Assembly (NCBI GenBank): GCA_030390025.1
Contig: CM059432.1
Location: forward strand, 39,372,001-39,436,000
Length of the DNA stretch: 64,000 nucleotides
Direction of reading: 5' to 3'
Origin: Squalus acanthias
Lineage: Eukaryota
Positions 37,814 to 50,850 of this stretch are shown piece after piece. The notes under the pieces are model-generated. The model was not told the origin of the DNA and did no database searches. It was given only the letters and a program-made list of their open reading frames with translations. Both the position numbers and the translations under genes were made by a program. Each line of letters starts with the position of its first letter. Position 1 is the first letter of the stretch.

Positions 37814-39540
37814 ACTGAAATTCTGCACAATAACAGTGAGAGTGCAGTTATACTAACACTTTTGCATCAATATAAATTGGTTTTGGGTGTGCATCCGTGT
37901 AAAAATGGCACCTTAACCCCACTTTTCTGAAGCTCCAAACGTTACATAGAACCTTGCTGGCTGCAGATATGGGTTAGAAGATTGGATCTCGGACTTCATG
38001 TGCCCAATTTGCAGTGTGCCCAATTTCTAACTTTTGGACGGAATAAACAGGTTTGTTTCAGGCATGCACAACCCACATTACCCTGTAGTGGTTATGAAAG
38101 TTGGGTTAGACATTATATTTCCCAACTTTGGACAAGGCTCTGTCCACAGTACACACCTTATCCATGTACAATGAGTATGTCAGGGATCATTGGGCCTGGT
38201 CTGCTCCAGTAGACTTTTTAAAATAGGTTAATGTTGCACAGTTGTTATGAAAAGGGTTTATTTGTTTTCTGTTAAATTGTGCTGCATTTTACTCCATGCA
38301 TTAATTGGCGTCCCCACCATTTTTGTTTTTCTTCCCCTGTCACTACTATTCATCATTGTTCTCAGTTGCTGCTGATATTTAAATAGTACCATAGAAAATG
38401 GTGAGGATGGGAATTCTTTTGGGGGTTCCAACAACGTTGCATCTTTCAAATGAGGAAGGTGAGTTCTTAAGAGGACAATAAATGAAGGATCAACGATATC
38501 TGCGGCGTTCTGTCCGCATCCGTCACTACCCCAGGATCCATACATAGCAAACCTATCACACCTGGACATGTCAGAGAGAACTTGTATTTGCTGCCTTCAC
38601 TTCACAAGAGCAGCTGCCAGAGTTGTATCATTGGTTACAGGATGACCTGCACAAAGGGAATGTTACCATAACATGAATCTTTCATGCTACCGGATCCTTC
38701 TATTCCATTGCAGGAGACATCTGGCACATCTGACAATGCAGTGCACACTTGTATCAGACTAATGGCAAATGCTAAGATTGCAAGAGGCAGCACCTTCATA
38801 ATTTTCCATGTGGAAATTGTTCGCAAACTTGGTGTTGTATTTGAACCCAAAATTAGCTTCCGACCACATATCCACATCATCACTAAGACCGCCTATTTCC
38901 ACCTCCGGAACATCGCCTGACTCCACTCCTGCCTCAGCTCATCTGCTGCTGCAAACCTCATTCATGCCTTTGCTACCTCTAGACTTGAGTATTCCAACGC
39001 ACTCCTGGCTGGCCTCCCACGTTCTACGCTTCGTAAACTTGAGGTCATCCAAAACTCGACTGCCCATGTCCTAATTCGCACCAAGTCCCGATCATTCATC
39101 CACCCTGTGCTCGCTGGCCTACATTGGCTCCCGGTTAAGCAACACCTCGATTTTAAAATTCGCATCCTTGCTTTCAAATCCCTCCAAGGCCTCACCCCTC
39201 CCTATCTCTGTAATCTCCTCCAGCCTCACAACCCACCGAGATGTCTGCACTCCTTTAATTCTGGCCTCTTGAGCATCCCCAATTTCAATCGCTCCACCAT
39301 TGGTGGCCGTGCCTTCCGCGGCCAAGGCCCTAAGCCCTGGAATTCCCTCCCTAAACCTCTCCGCCTCTCTACCACTATTTCCTCCTTTAAGATGCTCCTT
39401 AAAACCTACCTATTTGACCAAGCTTTTGGTCATCTGCCCTAATAGCTCCTTATGTGGCTCGGTGTCAAATTTTGTTTTAAAACACTTCTGTGAAGCACCT
39501 TGGGACGTTTTACTACGTTAAAGGTGCTATATAAATACAA

Positions 39541-39813
39541 TAGTGGTCATGATGCGGAGATGCCGGTGTTGGACTGGAGTGGACAAAAATGAGAAGTCGC
39601 ACAACACCAGGTTATAGTCCAACAGTTTTATTTAAAATTACGAGCTTTCGGAGCGCTGCTCCTTCGTCAGGTACAAGTACAGTGAGGGAATACAAATACT
39701 GCTGATTTGTATTCCCTCACTGTACTTGTACCTGAAGAAGGAGCAGCGCTCCGAAAGCTCGTAATTTTAAATAAAACTGTTGGACTATAACCTGGTGTTG
39801 TGCGACTTCTCAT
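39541..39813. mobile_element. Penelope-like element pseudo-LTR foldback
   Basis: 109-bp inverted arms (39589-39697 / 39705-39813, one mismatch, 7-nt loop); TSD ATAAATACAA (39531-39540 / 39814-39823); CTGAnGA..GAAA core followed by AATAAA. Confidence 0.85.
39729..39763 (+). ncRNA. Minimal hammerhead ribozyme motif (mirror copy on the minus strand at ~39639-39673)
   Basis: TAC-CTGAAGA-A-GGAGC-AGC-GCTCC-GAAAGCTC-GTA: CUGANGA box, stem II, GAAA box, palindromic AGCU stem III, 3-bp stem I. Confidence 0.65.
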
Positions 39814-41139
39814 ATAAATACAAGTTGTTGTTGTTGTTGTTGCTGTGGAAAAGATATATCAGCTGACCAAGGTGTAGCTCTTTCACTGGGTGGCAGGGTT
39901 TCCTTTGGTGTAGAGCATTGTAGCTGGCACCCCACATGTGGGCATCAAGGCTTTTCATAGCAATGGTCCACATGAATGAAAAGGGTTTGCACTTAATTAA
40001 TGTTCAGTTGGTATCTGTCACTATGCATGAGCAGCCATCATCCAGGCATGATGCCTTTACTGTGCAGCTGTCCACAGTACCTGCATTATTTGAAGGAGAA
40101 GAAACGTGGGGTGGTTGTGTTTTAGGGGAAAAGGGCTTTCTTCTGCATCCATGGCTGTTAACCCCACCAAGAAATCCATTAACAGCAGAGGAGCACCCAG
40201 CATATGCATCTGCACCTGTGCCTTTGCTGTCAGCTCCACTTTCATGCAGTTTTGGCACAATGAAAGAGTACGTGCAAAAATGGAACGGTTGTGTACAATA
40301 TTTCGGATAGTACCTCCCGAGGTGCTGTCATTCCCAATTTAGGTTTGAGCCGTAGAAAATTGAGCAAAATTTGCTTGTGCAATTTTCTTTGGTTTCCTCC
40401 TGAAACGTAATTTGGAGCCAACTACAAGGGACTTGAGGTGACTCTGCCAGAGATTTCTCACAGTATAGTTGCCATTTGTGCTTTTACTGAAGGGTAACCT
40501 TCAGCTCAAATAGGGCCACCCTCCTTGGTGTACCTCCCACAGCAAGATTTCCAAACCTTCAGCGTTTAACATACAAGTGCTACCTACTGACTCCATTGCA
40601 CCATTGTGAAGAAATAATCAACTTATCTGTCACTGCTACAACTTCTCTTTTTAGTACAAGTAGCAGCCCTTTAAGAATGGCTACCTTGCCAGATTGTACA
40701 TCCTGTAGCCAAGTGTGGCACAGGGTAAGCACTCTGAGCAAGAGTTTCATGTACTGATAGCCTATCAAATTAGGGGAAGGATAACCCAATAGAGAATTCA
40801 GCTGGGTCTTTTTTCTGAACTGCCAGCGCAGATTAAGACTGTGCCATGAGCCAGCTCAAGCCCACTTTCAGAAAATTAGGGCCTATAACTCAAAAGACTA
40901 CCAAATGCGCTAAAATCATGAAGTGTGAGACTCTCACCACAGTAAATTTCACTTTGAAAATATCATGAATTGACTTGTTTCCTTTGAAGCTAAGTTGGTG
41001 ACCATGCATTTGGTTGTGATTGAGGTATTGCGTGTCGTCTTATTTACTGTGGTTTCTATGAGCTTCAGTACGACTGACAGTAAGTATATAGGTCTGCAAA
41101 AATCAAAGTTATTTTTAATCTTTTTTTGTGGACAAGCAA

Positions 41140-41279
41140 GGGAATCAAGGGATAAGGGGATAGTGCGGGAAGGTGGAGTTGAGGTAGAAGATCAGCCATG
41201 ATCTTATTGAATGGCGGCGAAGGCTTGAAGGGCCAAATGGCTTACTCCTGCTCCTATTTCTTATGTTCTTATGTTCTTA
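41140..41279 (+). mobile_element. CR1 3' UTR fragment
   Basis: Matches 34800-34937; tail TTCTTATGTTCTTATGTTCTTA. Confidence 0.85.
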
Positions 41280-41579
41280 AATGCTTTTTGCTTTTTGCTC
41301 AGAACACACAGCAACAACGGTTGACAGATGTGCTAAATAGATTACCTTGGGGAGCAGCTAGTTCCTCAGAATGGATTTTGAAAACCTGGTTTCCCATACC
41401 ATCTTGGCCAATAGTTTTTCAAGGACCAAGCTTAATGAGGTCAACTCTTACATCAGGAGTGCATTAGATAATTGACATTAATCCTTGAATAGAGGGGTAT
41501 ATTTTGTAACCTGTAAATATGACAAAGTAGCTACCAAATGAAAGGATTATTGGCTGTTTACAGTGATATGTAGCTATTA

Positions 41580-42033
41580 TAAAGAAAGAAGAGAAAGACT
41601 TGTATTTATATAGTGCCTTTCACAACCTCAGGATGTCCCAAAGTGCTTTACAACTAATCATAGAATCATATAGCATAGAAGGAGGCCATTTCGCCCTTCA
41701 TGCCTGTACTATCAATTAGTCCCATGCCCCTGCTCTTTCCCCACAGCCCTGAAAATTCTTCCTAATGAAATACTTTTGAACTGTAGTCACTGTTGTAATG
41801 TAGGGAGTGCAGCACAGCAAGGGCTCACAAACAGCAATGAAATAAATGACCAGATCATTAGTTTTAAGCATTGGTTAAGGGATAAATATTGGCCAGGACA
41901 CCGGGGAGAACTCCCGTGCTCTTATTCAAATAGTGCCATGGGATATTTAACGTCCATTGAGAAGGCAGATGGGGCCTTGATTTAACGTCTTACCCAAAAG
42001 ACGGCACCTCTGGCAGTTCAGCACTCCATCAGT
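41580..42033 (-). mobile_element. Deu-domain SINE interrupted by a short CR1 3' tail (~41657-41760)
   Basis: Reverse complement matches the body and tail of 4281-4724. Confidence 0.75.
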
Positions 42034-42046
42034 ACATGTGTATATT

Positions 42047-44904
42047 TAGAGTCATAGAGTCATAGAGTTATACAGCACGGATAGAGGCCCTTCGGCCCAT
42101 CGTGTCCGCGCCGGCCATCAAGCCCTGTCTAATCTAATCCCATATTCTAGCATTTGGTCCGTAGCCTTGTATGCTATGGCATTTCAAGTGCTCATCCAAA
42201 TGCTTCTTGAATGTTGTGAGGGTTCCTGCCTCCACAACCCTTCAGGCAGTGAGTTCCAGACTCCAACCACCCTCTGGGTGAAAAAGTTCTTTCTCAAATC
42301 CCTTCTAAACCTCCCGCCCTTTACCTTGAATCTATGCCCCCTTGTTACAGACCCCTCTACTAAGGGAAAAAGCTCCTTAGTATCCATCCTATCTATGCCC
42401 CTCATAATTTTGTACACCTCAATCATGTCCCCCCTCAGCCTCCTCTGCTCTAAGGAAAACAAACCCAATCTGCCCAGTCTCTCTTCATAGCTGAAGCACT
42501 CCAGCCCGGGTAACATTCTGGTGAATCTCCTCTGCACCCTCTCCAAAGCGATCACATCCTTCCTGTAGTGTGGCGACCAGAACTGCACACAGTATTGCAG
42601 ATGTGGCCTAACCAGTGTTTTATACAGCTCCATCATAACCTCCTTGCTCTTATATTCTATGCCTCGGCTAATGAATGCAAGTATCCCATATGCCTTTTTT
42701 ACCACCTTATCCACCTGTTCCGCCACCTTCAGGGATCTGTGTACTTGCACACCAAGATCCCTCTGACCCTCCGTCTTGCCTAGGGTCTTACCATTCATTG
42801 TATATTCCCTTGCCTTGTTAGTCCCTCCAAAGTGCATCACCTCGCACTTTTCCGGATTAAATTCCATTTGCCACTGTTCCGCCCATCTGACCAACCCATC
42901 TATATCGTCCTGCAGACTGAGGCTACCCTCCTCGCTATTTACCACCCTACCAATTTTTGTATCATCCGCGAACTTACTGATCATACCTTTTACATTCATA
43001 TCCAAGTCGTTAATGTAGACCACAAACAGCAAGGGACCCAGCACCGATCCCTGTGGTACCCCACTGGCCACAGGCTTCCAGTCACAAAAACAACCTTCGA
43101 CCATCACCCTCTGCCTTCTGCCACTGAGCCAGTTTTGTATCCAATGTGCCAAGGCACCCTGGATTCCATGGGCTCTTACCTTCTTGACCAGTCTCCTGTG
43201 CGGGACTTTATCGAAGGCCTTACTGAAATCCATGTATACCACATCCACTGCGTTACCCTCATCCACACACCTAGTTACCCCCTCAAAAAATTCAATCAAA
43301 TTAGTCAGACATGATCTTCCCTTGACAAAGCCATGTTGGCTAACTCTGATTAATCCTTGCCTCTCCAAGTGGAGACTGATTTTGTCCCTCAGAATTTTTT
43401 CCAATAATTTTCCTACCACTGATGTTAGGCTCACTGGCCTGTAGTTCCCCGGTTTTTCCCTACTCCCTTTCTTGAATAATGGTACTACATTAGCGATTCT
43501 CCAGTCCTCTGGCACATCCCCTGTGGCCAGAGAGGTTCTGAATATATGTGTTAGAGCCCCCGCAATCTCCTCCTTTGCCTCACACAGCAGCCTGGGATAC
43601 ATTTCGTCTGGACCTGGGGATTTATCCATTTTTAGACCTGCTAAAACCGCCAATACCTCCTCCCTCTCGATGTTAAAATGTTCGAGTATATCACAGTCCC
43701 CCTGCCCTAATTTTATGTCTGCATCGTCCTTCTCCATAGTGAAAACAGATGCAAAAAATTCATTTAGAACCCCACCTACATCTTCCGGCTCCACACACAG
43801 ATTGCCACTTTTGTCCCTAATGGGCCCTATTTTTTCCCTAGTTATCCTCTTACCCTTAATATACTTATAAAACATCTTAGGATTTTCCTTTATTTTGCTC
43901 GCCAGTGTTATTTCATGGCCCCTCTTTGATCTCCTAATTTCTTTTTTAAGTATCCCCCTGCACTTTTTGTACTCCTCTAGTGCTTCCTCCGTCTTTAGCA
44001 TTTTGTATCTGCCAAAAGCCCTCCTTTTTTTCCTGATCCATTCTCGTATATCCCCTGACATCCAAGGTTCCCTGCGGTTTTTGGAACCACCCTTGACCTT
44101 TACGGGAACATGCTGCCATTGTATGATCTCAATCTCTCTTCTGAAAGAATCCCATTGCTCCGATGCGGATTTTCCTACAAGCAGCTGATCCCAGTCCCTT
44201 TTGGCCAGATCCTGCCTTATCCTATTAAAATCGGCCTTCCCCTAATTTAGAACCTTTATTTCCGGCCCATCCCTGTCCTTTTCCATGACCACCTTAAATC
44301 TCACCGTATTATGGTCACTGTCACCAAAGTGCTCACCTACTAGCACTTCTTCCACTTGGCCGGCCACATTCCCTAGAATTAGGTCCAGTACCGCCCCCTC
44401 TCTTGTAGGACTTTCTACATGCTGGCTCAAAAAGCTCTCCTGGATGCACTTTAAGAATGTTGAACCCTCTAAGCCTTTCACACTCTGACTATCCCAGTTA
44501 ATATTGGGGAAGTTGAAATCCCCCATTATTATTACCCTATTATTTGCACATTTCTCTGAGATTTGCCTACATATCTGTTCCTCTATCTCCCCCTGACTGT
44601 TTGGGGGCCTATAGTACGCTCCCAGCAAAGTGCTTGCCCCCTTTTTGTTTTTAACCTCCACCCATATAGCCTCATTGGAGGAACCTGCTAATATATCATC
44701 CCTCCTTATGGCAGTAATTGATTCCTTAATTAATATTGCGACACCCCCTCCTCTTATACCTCCCCCTCTGCCTCGCCTGAAGATTCTGTACCCCGGAATA
44801 TTGAGCTGCCAGTCTTGCCCTTCCCTCAATCATGTCTCCGTGATAGCAACAATATCATACTCCCATGTGTTTATCAACACCTTCAGTTCATCCACCTTAT
44901 TTAC
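42047..44904 (-). mobile_element. Young 5'-truncated CR1 with nearly intact ORF2
   Basis: The 195-aa EN ORF and 625-aa RT ORF are in one frame, separated by a single TGG>TAG at 44242-44244; tail (GACTCTAT)n. Confidence 0.95.
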
Positions 44905-45780
44905 TTAACAAATCTGCCATCATTCAGTAACCAAGGATGTAAAGCACTCACAATAATTAAAAAACACTTACACACTCTTTTTGTCTTATCGTTTTACCAA
45001 GAAATGCAGAAAAAGATTAAAGTACACATACCTATGTCATGCGAATATGATTATTGAGATCACACGCCCAAAGACGTGTCTATTACTCATTTTTTATTTA
45101 CAATTCAGAAATAGGATTAGCTACATCTGGGTTCCCAATTAGCACCATGTAGATAGTGGCTAACCAATTGGACAACTCTACACTAGACTAGTATGTCATC
45201 AATCCATTAAATATAAGCTTGATCCCAGCAGCATTCTCCTGAGTATTTGAATGGTTTCACAATTTGAAACTCTGGTTATTCATGGAGACACAATCCTGTA
45301 ATATGTGTTAGAATAGTGTAAAAACTCATATATGTTGCCACCTTGAAATATAACCATTATAAGTCTATCATAAAATTTATTTTAATGTTCCTATTAAATG
45401 ACCATTTTTGAAATACACAGATGATTATGATCTTGAGTTTTTTTCATAAATGTGATTGGTAGAAAGTAAGCTGTACTGAAATAAATAGGTACAAGGATTT
45501 TTGCCTTTGTTCTTCTACCTTACAATGGTCTAACCATTAGTAGAAGAGACCTACCCTGTATTCAAACATTACACAGCTACTGTCCCATAACTTCTGCCTA
45601 GATATTCTGCTGCACTCTTCCATTTTTAATTATCAGTCATTACTTTCGTGTTCAAACTCATATTGTTATTCTTTTCATTTTTTTATTTACGCTAAGGCTA
45701 TCAGATTTTTTGCTACATTTCAGCTCATTATACAATATCTGTGATTAAAGAACCAATAAAATATATGTACATGCATGTAG

Positions 45781-45801
45781 GTGTGTGTGTGTGTGTGTGT
45801 G
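45781..45801. repeat. (GT)n microsatellite
   Basis: About ten GT units. Confidence 0.9.
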
Positions 45802-47421
45802 CAAGAAGCTGATTTATAATGATCAGGTTATAAAGTATGCTGCAATTAAAAATGTTAAATGTAAATTCATACGGTGATGCATTGTACTGATGAAATCCTT
45901 TTACATGCAACAGAATTAACATCAGATTTATTGGGGGCAATTGATTACAAGGGAAGAAAGTGGAATAATATAAATAAGTATAATACAGTACTGAAATACC
46001 ATTACATTTCTTGCCTGAGATCAGGAGTTCCTGATGCCAGAAAGCTCTCTACTGGCAGAGAATGTCATAGTATTCAGTCAGCGGTAATTTTTCCAGGATA
46101 ATGTGGCTTCAGGTTGACTTGCAAACTGTTCCAGAGTTCTAGACCCATATGAAATGATTGCCACTACTGTGAGACATATGAAATTCCTCCCCATAATCGG
46201 TGCTCACAGAGTTCCTTTTGAGGCAAGGAAAACTTAAATGGCAGATCTCGTGTTGGGCAAAAATAGTGAAGTTATGCATAGATTTATATCTTTTCAGATA
46301 CAGATGAACACCAAATATTCCCCCAGGCTTTTCTTCCTCTGTTAGTGTCAGTGATGGGACTAAAGATTAAAAAAATAGAACAAAACATAGTATGTTGAAT
46401 AAGAATTCCTGGTAGCTGATGCTGTTTGTTTTAACATGGGTGGTTTCAATTAAGAACAAACAGTGCCCTCTATAGTTTCAAATGTACTGCAATGCTGCTT
46501 TCACTTCCACTGTATGTTTTAAAGTAATAGCTAAGAAGCATAGAAATTGTGCTGTTTTGTTCAATCACTTAGTTTGACAAAAATCCCCAACCATTTTAAA
46601 ACGCTTAGCTGAGGAATGCAGATTACAAGTAGGCAAACAGAGGATAATCCATGGTTAGCTGTGGAATCCTATTCTGAGTAATGAGTCACAAAAAAGTCTA
46701 GTAAGTGTATTGGAAATCTTATCCCAAACCATGGATGTATGTATGGTTTACATATGTTAAGCCCTAAATCCAAAGTATGAAAACACAGATATGTGAGCAT
46801 TCATTTTCTACATTTTTGGATTAGGGCTCAGGGTTTAGTTTAAGGCATATATTGTCTCTTGAGTGCTCAGTTCACAGCCAATTCATACATTGAGATGTGG
46901 AACTTGACAGAGACGGTTTTAAGAAGCAATATAGCAAACTGACTATGAATAATTTGACGCAATTAATTTATTGATGGCCAATTCATAAAATGTCATATTG
47001 TTAAATATTTTAATAATCAGTACTTCTGATTTTAAAACAGTTTCTTCAATACATTATTTACTATTAGCTATGTAGCTCGATCACAATCATAGTTCTATGT
47101 TTAAACGCTTCGCATTTATAGCACATAATTTCATTAAATAATTCTGAACACAATGGCCTAGAAATTGGACTGTGACACAAAAGTTGCCGGTGTCACCGTG
47201 GCCTCGGGATAACGGCCGCTGAAAATGGTCGCGTCAGTAGGAAAGAAAAATTCACGCTGGGGTCTAAAGATTTTTAGCCCAGCGCTAAACTCACCGTGTA
47301 ACGCCCTCCTGGTGGCGTTAGTGCAGGCATCAGTAGCGAAGTTGGCATCCAGAAGCGGCGTTCCATCTTTCAACAGCCTCTGGAAGCGAGGCAGTGAGTT
47401 CGCTAGACGTTGTGGGACATT

Positions 47422-48151
47422 GGGACCGTATTTTCCGATCGGAGGCTTCCCGCGTGCGGAGGCCTCCAATCTGGAAAAAATCTACGCACTTACCTGAGGG
47501 CTCCCGAGGTACATATAGTTCCGATCCTGGGCCTCTCCAACTCCAATAGCGCAGGGCCTACGTATCCCAGAGGCGCACGCAGTTCGCAAGCGTCCCTGGG
47601 ATCACGTGGGCCATGGGGAGCCAATCAAAGAAGGGAATCTCCCTTCATACACTTGACAGATAGACCTGTCAAATATATGAATGGAGATCGCCCCAAAAAC
47701 ACTTCAAAACATTAAATAAATTTTAAAAAAACATCACATTTTTAAAATTAGTTGAAATTGCAATAAATTAAATATTTTAAACAAAAATTAAATTTTTTGA
47801 AAAAAATAATTAAAGTTTTCTACAGGGCTAAAAATAAACTTACCTTTTTAAAAGTATTTTTAAATGATAAATGAATGAAAAAAAATATTTTTTTTACTTT
47901 TTTCAAATCTTTTACCAGGTGTAAGATTTCTAAGGGTTTTCTGCGGGCGGAGGTTCTCCAGAAAGCGGAACTATCTGCCCGCGGAGGCCCTTCTCTAGGG
48001 CAGGCGTCCGATCTGTCAAGAGCATTCTTGACAGATCGGAAATGCCGGTTTTCAGCGCATGCGCTTGGCACGCCTGAAATCGGCATTTCCGATGTCTCTA
48101 TGGGTGTGTACACAGCGCGTACACACCTGTAGGGATCGGAATATCCAGCCC
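47422..48151 (-). mobile_element. Nested Harbinger-type MITE (24097-24862 family, reverse orientation)
   Basis: Termini GGGACCGTATTTTCCGATC / GATCGGAATATCCAGCCC; TSD ATT/ATT. Confidence 0.85.
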
Positions 48152-49444
48152 ATTAAAAGGGCAATGCATTAAAAGTGCCTTCTGAACTGATAATATAAAA
48201 ATGCCTTATGAAAAAAAAATTAACATTAAAAAGAATTCCCAAGTGGGAGTCTTCAGCTCTTAAAGCTGAATTCCCTTCCGCACCTCAAAAAATGGGAGAA
48301 ATGTATCAGCACTATCACAAATGGCTCAGCAAGCCAGGGAAGGGGCACCCAGGGTCTCGTACGCAGCACTCCAGCGTTGTGCAGGTGGTCAACACTGCAA
48401 GAGAGGTCCTCTACCCACAGGGGCCAGGAGGCCCTCGAGAAAAAATGACCACATCAGTGTTGCCCCCCCCCCCCACCATCTGGCTTCAGTGCCCAAAGAA
48501 GCTTCATGACCTCAGACCACTGGTCAGGGTCAGTGAATGCAACTTCAAAAGCCGTCTCCTACCAACTGAATCACTAGCCTCGCACACTTCTCAATGCATG
48601 ACTCCCCCTGCCAATCACTCACCTAACAACAATCTGTACCAATCACAAGGCACACCTCCCATTCCTAGCTTCACCTCACCCTCTTGGAGGAGACGGTGCT
48701 GGCCATTCTTGGCAGGGGTATGGCTGAGCCATTGGCCAGCGGCGGGGCAGAATGGATACAAGATGCTGCTATCCTCATACGTTATCCTGCTTCTAGCATA
48801 CACCTCTTGCTTTCCCGCCCTCCCCGCACCACAACTCCACCTTTGTGCCTTCCTCATTTCACACACTCAAGAAATGCAGCCTGCCCAGCCAGTGGTTCAC
48901 CAAGAAGAGGGAGAGGAGAGTGAAGAAGAAGAGACATCGTCACTCAATTTCACACTCCCAACCACCAGCTCCTAAAGATCGACCAACAAGGCCATTTGCA
49001 GTGTCCCCACTGAAAGTCTTCCACCAGCCATGCCGCAGCCACTGGGGTAGCACTGCGTGACATCAGTAGGATAGGCAAAGGCACACACAAGACAGCCACT
49101 AAGAGAATGCACAAGCGTGATTAGTTTATTTCTTGATGTCATATTGGATGGATAGATATATAAAGTTGGATTGGAAAGTTTGTTTTGCAGTGGTTTTTAT
49201 TTCAGCATCGTGGCCAAGAGGACGCTGTGATGGTCAGTAACAGAGGGAAGGTAAGGTGTGGGGAAAATGTTGAAAGGACAATTGAGGTTTTGGTCACTGG
49301 TAGTGCAGACAGATGATTCCATCCCGGATATCCCTGCCAGAAAGGGGTTGTCTGGGTTGCATCCTTCCTTCTGCTTCCTCCTCTTTGGCTTCTTCCTCTT
49401 CTGTGTCTTCCTCTTCCCTCTGCGAATGGATGCTGTAAATCTGA

Positions 49445-49567
49445 AACAAAAGCATAAAATGCTGGAAATACTCAGCAGGTCAGGTAATATCTTGACCTGA
49501 GACGTGGACTCTGTTTCTCTCTCCACGGATGTTGCCTGACCTGCTGAGTATTTGCAGCATTTTCTGT
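49445..49567. mobile_element. Short foldback insertion, probably Penelope-derived
   Basis: Inverted arms AAAATGCTGGAAATACTCAGCAGGTCAGG / CCTGACCTGCTGAGTATTTGCAGCATTTT; absent from sister Harbinger copies. Confidence 0.6.
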
Positions 49568-50169
49568 CATCTCAGAGGCCTTCCTTTACTATCCAAGGCC
49601 TTGTAAATATCCATCAGCACTACCTGCACACTTAAAAAAACTTTTAGCATGTATTGCAGCAAGCCACTACTTCAATAAAATCAAAAAAATCTTGCCCAAA
49701 AGCTTAAATACATACTTAACTGAAAGATATGTGTGTCCTTTTAAGAGGTGCTGACAACGCCTCTGTGAGTCTGCTGAACGCTGGATTTTCATGGCGAGCT
49801 TAAGGCCCAGCGCTGAACTCAGTGCTAGGGTCCATGTTCGCCGAGCTGCCGGACCTCAGAAAATGGCGGAAGCCGCGGGACCTGCCACCAGCTGCCGAAA
49901 GAGCAGCGGTCACCCTCTTTTCACTACAGTTTGCCGGTAACGGATGGTTTAAAGCACCCGAATTTTTAGTCCAATATTTCTATTGAAGGCTGTAACTCAA
50001 TGTTCAGTCTATTGACCTATACCATTCAGTGTAGTTTTTCAATTTTTTCTTATTTTAAACTATTAAGTGAAATCCCATTTTTTTAATACAGGTGCGTTAT
50101 ATTGTAATGTTTCAGCTTATTTGCTTCAGATTAGGCAGTAGAATGTCATATAGCAACCTGTTTAATTAA

Positions 50170-50545
50170 TTAAAGCAAGGAAGAGATCTGGGAGTTTTGG
50201 TGGATTGGTTGTTTAACCTATCTGTTCAACATTTGCAGGTGGTCAAAAAGGAAATAAAATAGGATGTATAGACAGTGGTATGACTTATATGTTAAGGAGG
50301 TGATGTTGAAGTTGTATCTGGTCTTGATAAAGCCAGACTGTGTTCAGTTTTGGTCTACAGAAATTGTAGTTACTGGAGGGAATCCAAGGAACAGCCACAG
50401 AACTGATTCCTGAACTCAGAGGGCTAAGGTACAAGGAAAGATTGTTCACCCTGGGACTTTATTCTCTGGAGAGGAGGAGAATGAGTAGGGAACTTGATAG
50501 CAGTCTTCAAGATTTTCATGGGTATGGAGGAGTTGAATCCAGGAG
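50170..50545 (+). mobile_element. Highly decayed CR1 RT fragment
   Basis: Remnants RDLGVLVD, VQFWS, LGLYSLERRR. Confidence 0.65.
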
Positions 50546-50577
50546 GTGTCAGCCTTTGTACAATGGCCAGAATTTGC

Positions 50578-50850
50578 AGGGTTCAAGCCCTGCTCCAGAG
50601 AGTTGAATACATAATCTCAGCAGACCCTTCAGTGCAGGAGTGATGCACCGTCAGAGGTGCCGTCTTTTCGATGCAATGTCAAACCAAGGTCTCGTCTGCC
50701 CTCTAAATTGGATGTAAAAGATCCTATGGTACGCTATGAAAAAGAGTAGCGAAGTTCTCCCAGAATTCTGGACATCATTTATTCCTCAACTAACTTTGGT
50801 CATTTATCGTTTTTGGAACTTTGCTGTGCGCAAATTAGCTGTTGCATTTT
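50578..50850 (+). mobile_element. Partial Deu-domain SINE
   Basis: B box GGTTCAAGCCC; GATGTAAAAGATCC; TTGCTGTGCGCAAATT. Confidence 0.7.

Larger units (their letters stand above)
38817..39843 (+). mobile_element. L2 LINE 3' part
   Basis: AYFHLRNIA..LIHAFATSRL..LHWLPVKQHLDFKI..LKTYLFDQAF; (GTT)n tail; 8-bp TSD TGTGGAAA (38809-38816 / 39844-39851). Confidence 0.9.
38500..40210 (+). pseudogene. Ancient Harbinger transposase remnant split by an L2 insertion
   Basis: SHLDMSERTC.. and AVHTCIR.. before 38816; VAGFP.., NEKGLHLINVQLV, LGEKGFLLHPWLLTPPRNPLTAEE after 39844. Confidence 0.7.
47155..49972 (+). mobile_element. Harbinger deletion derivative, family 2 (Myb gene starts MAQQARE..)
   Basis: TIR GGCCTAGAAATT / AATTTTTAGTCC; TSD AAT/AAT; Myb remnants ~48321-48970; transposase C-terminal stub on the minus strand ~49300-49420. 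Confidence 0.85.
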
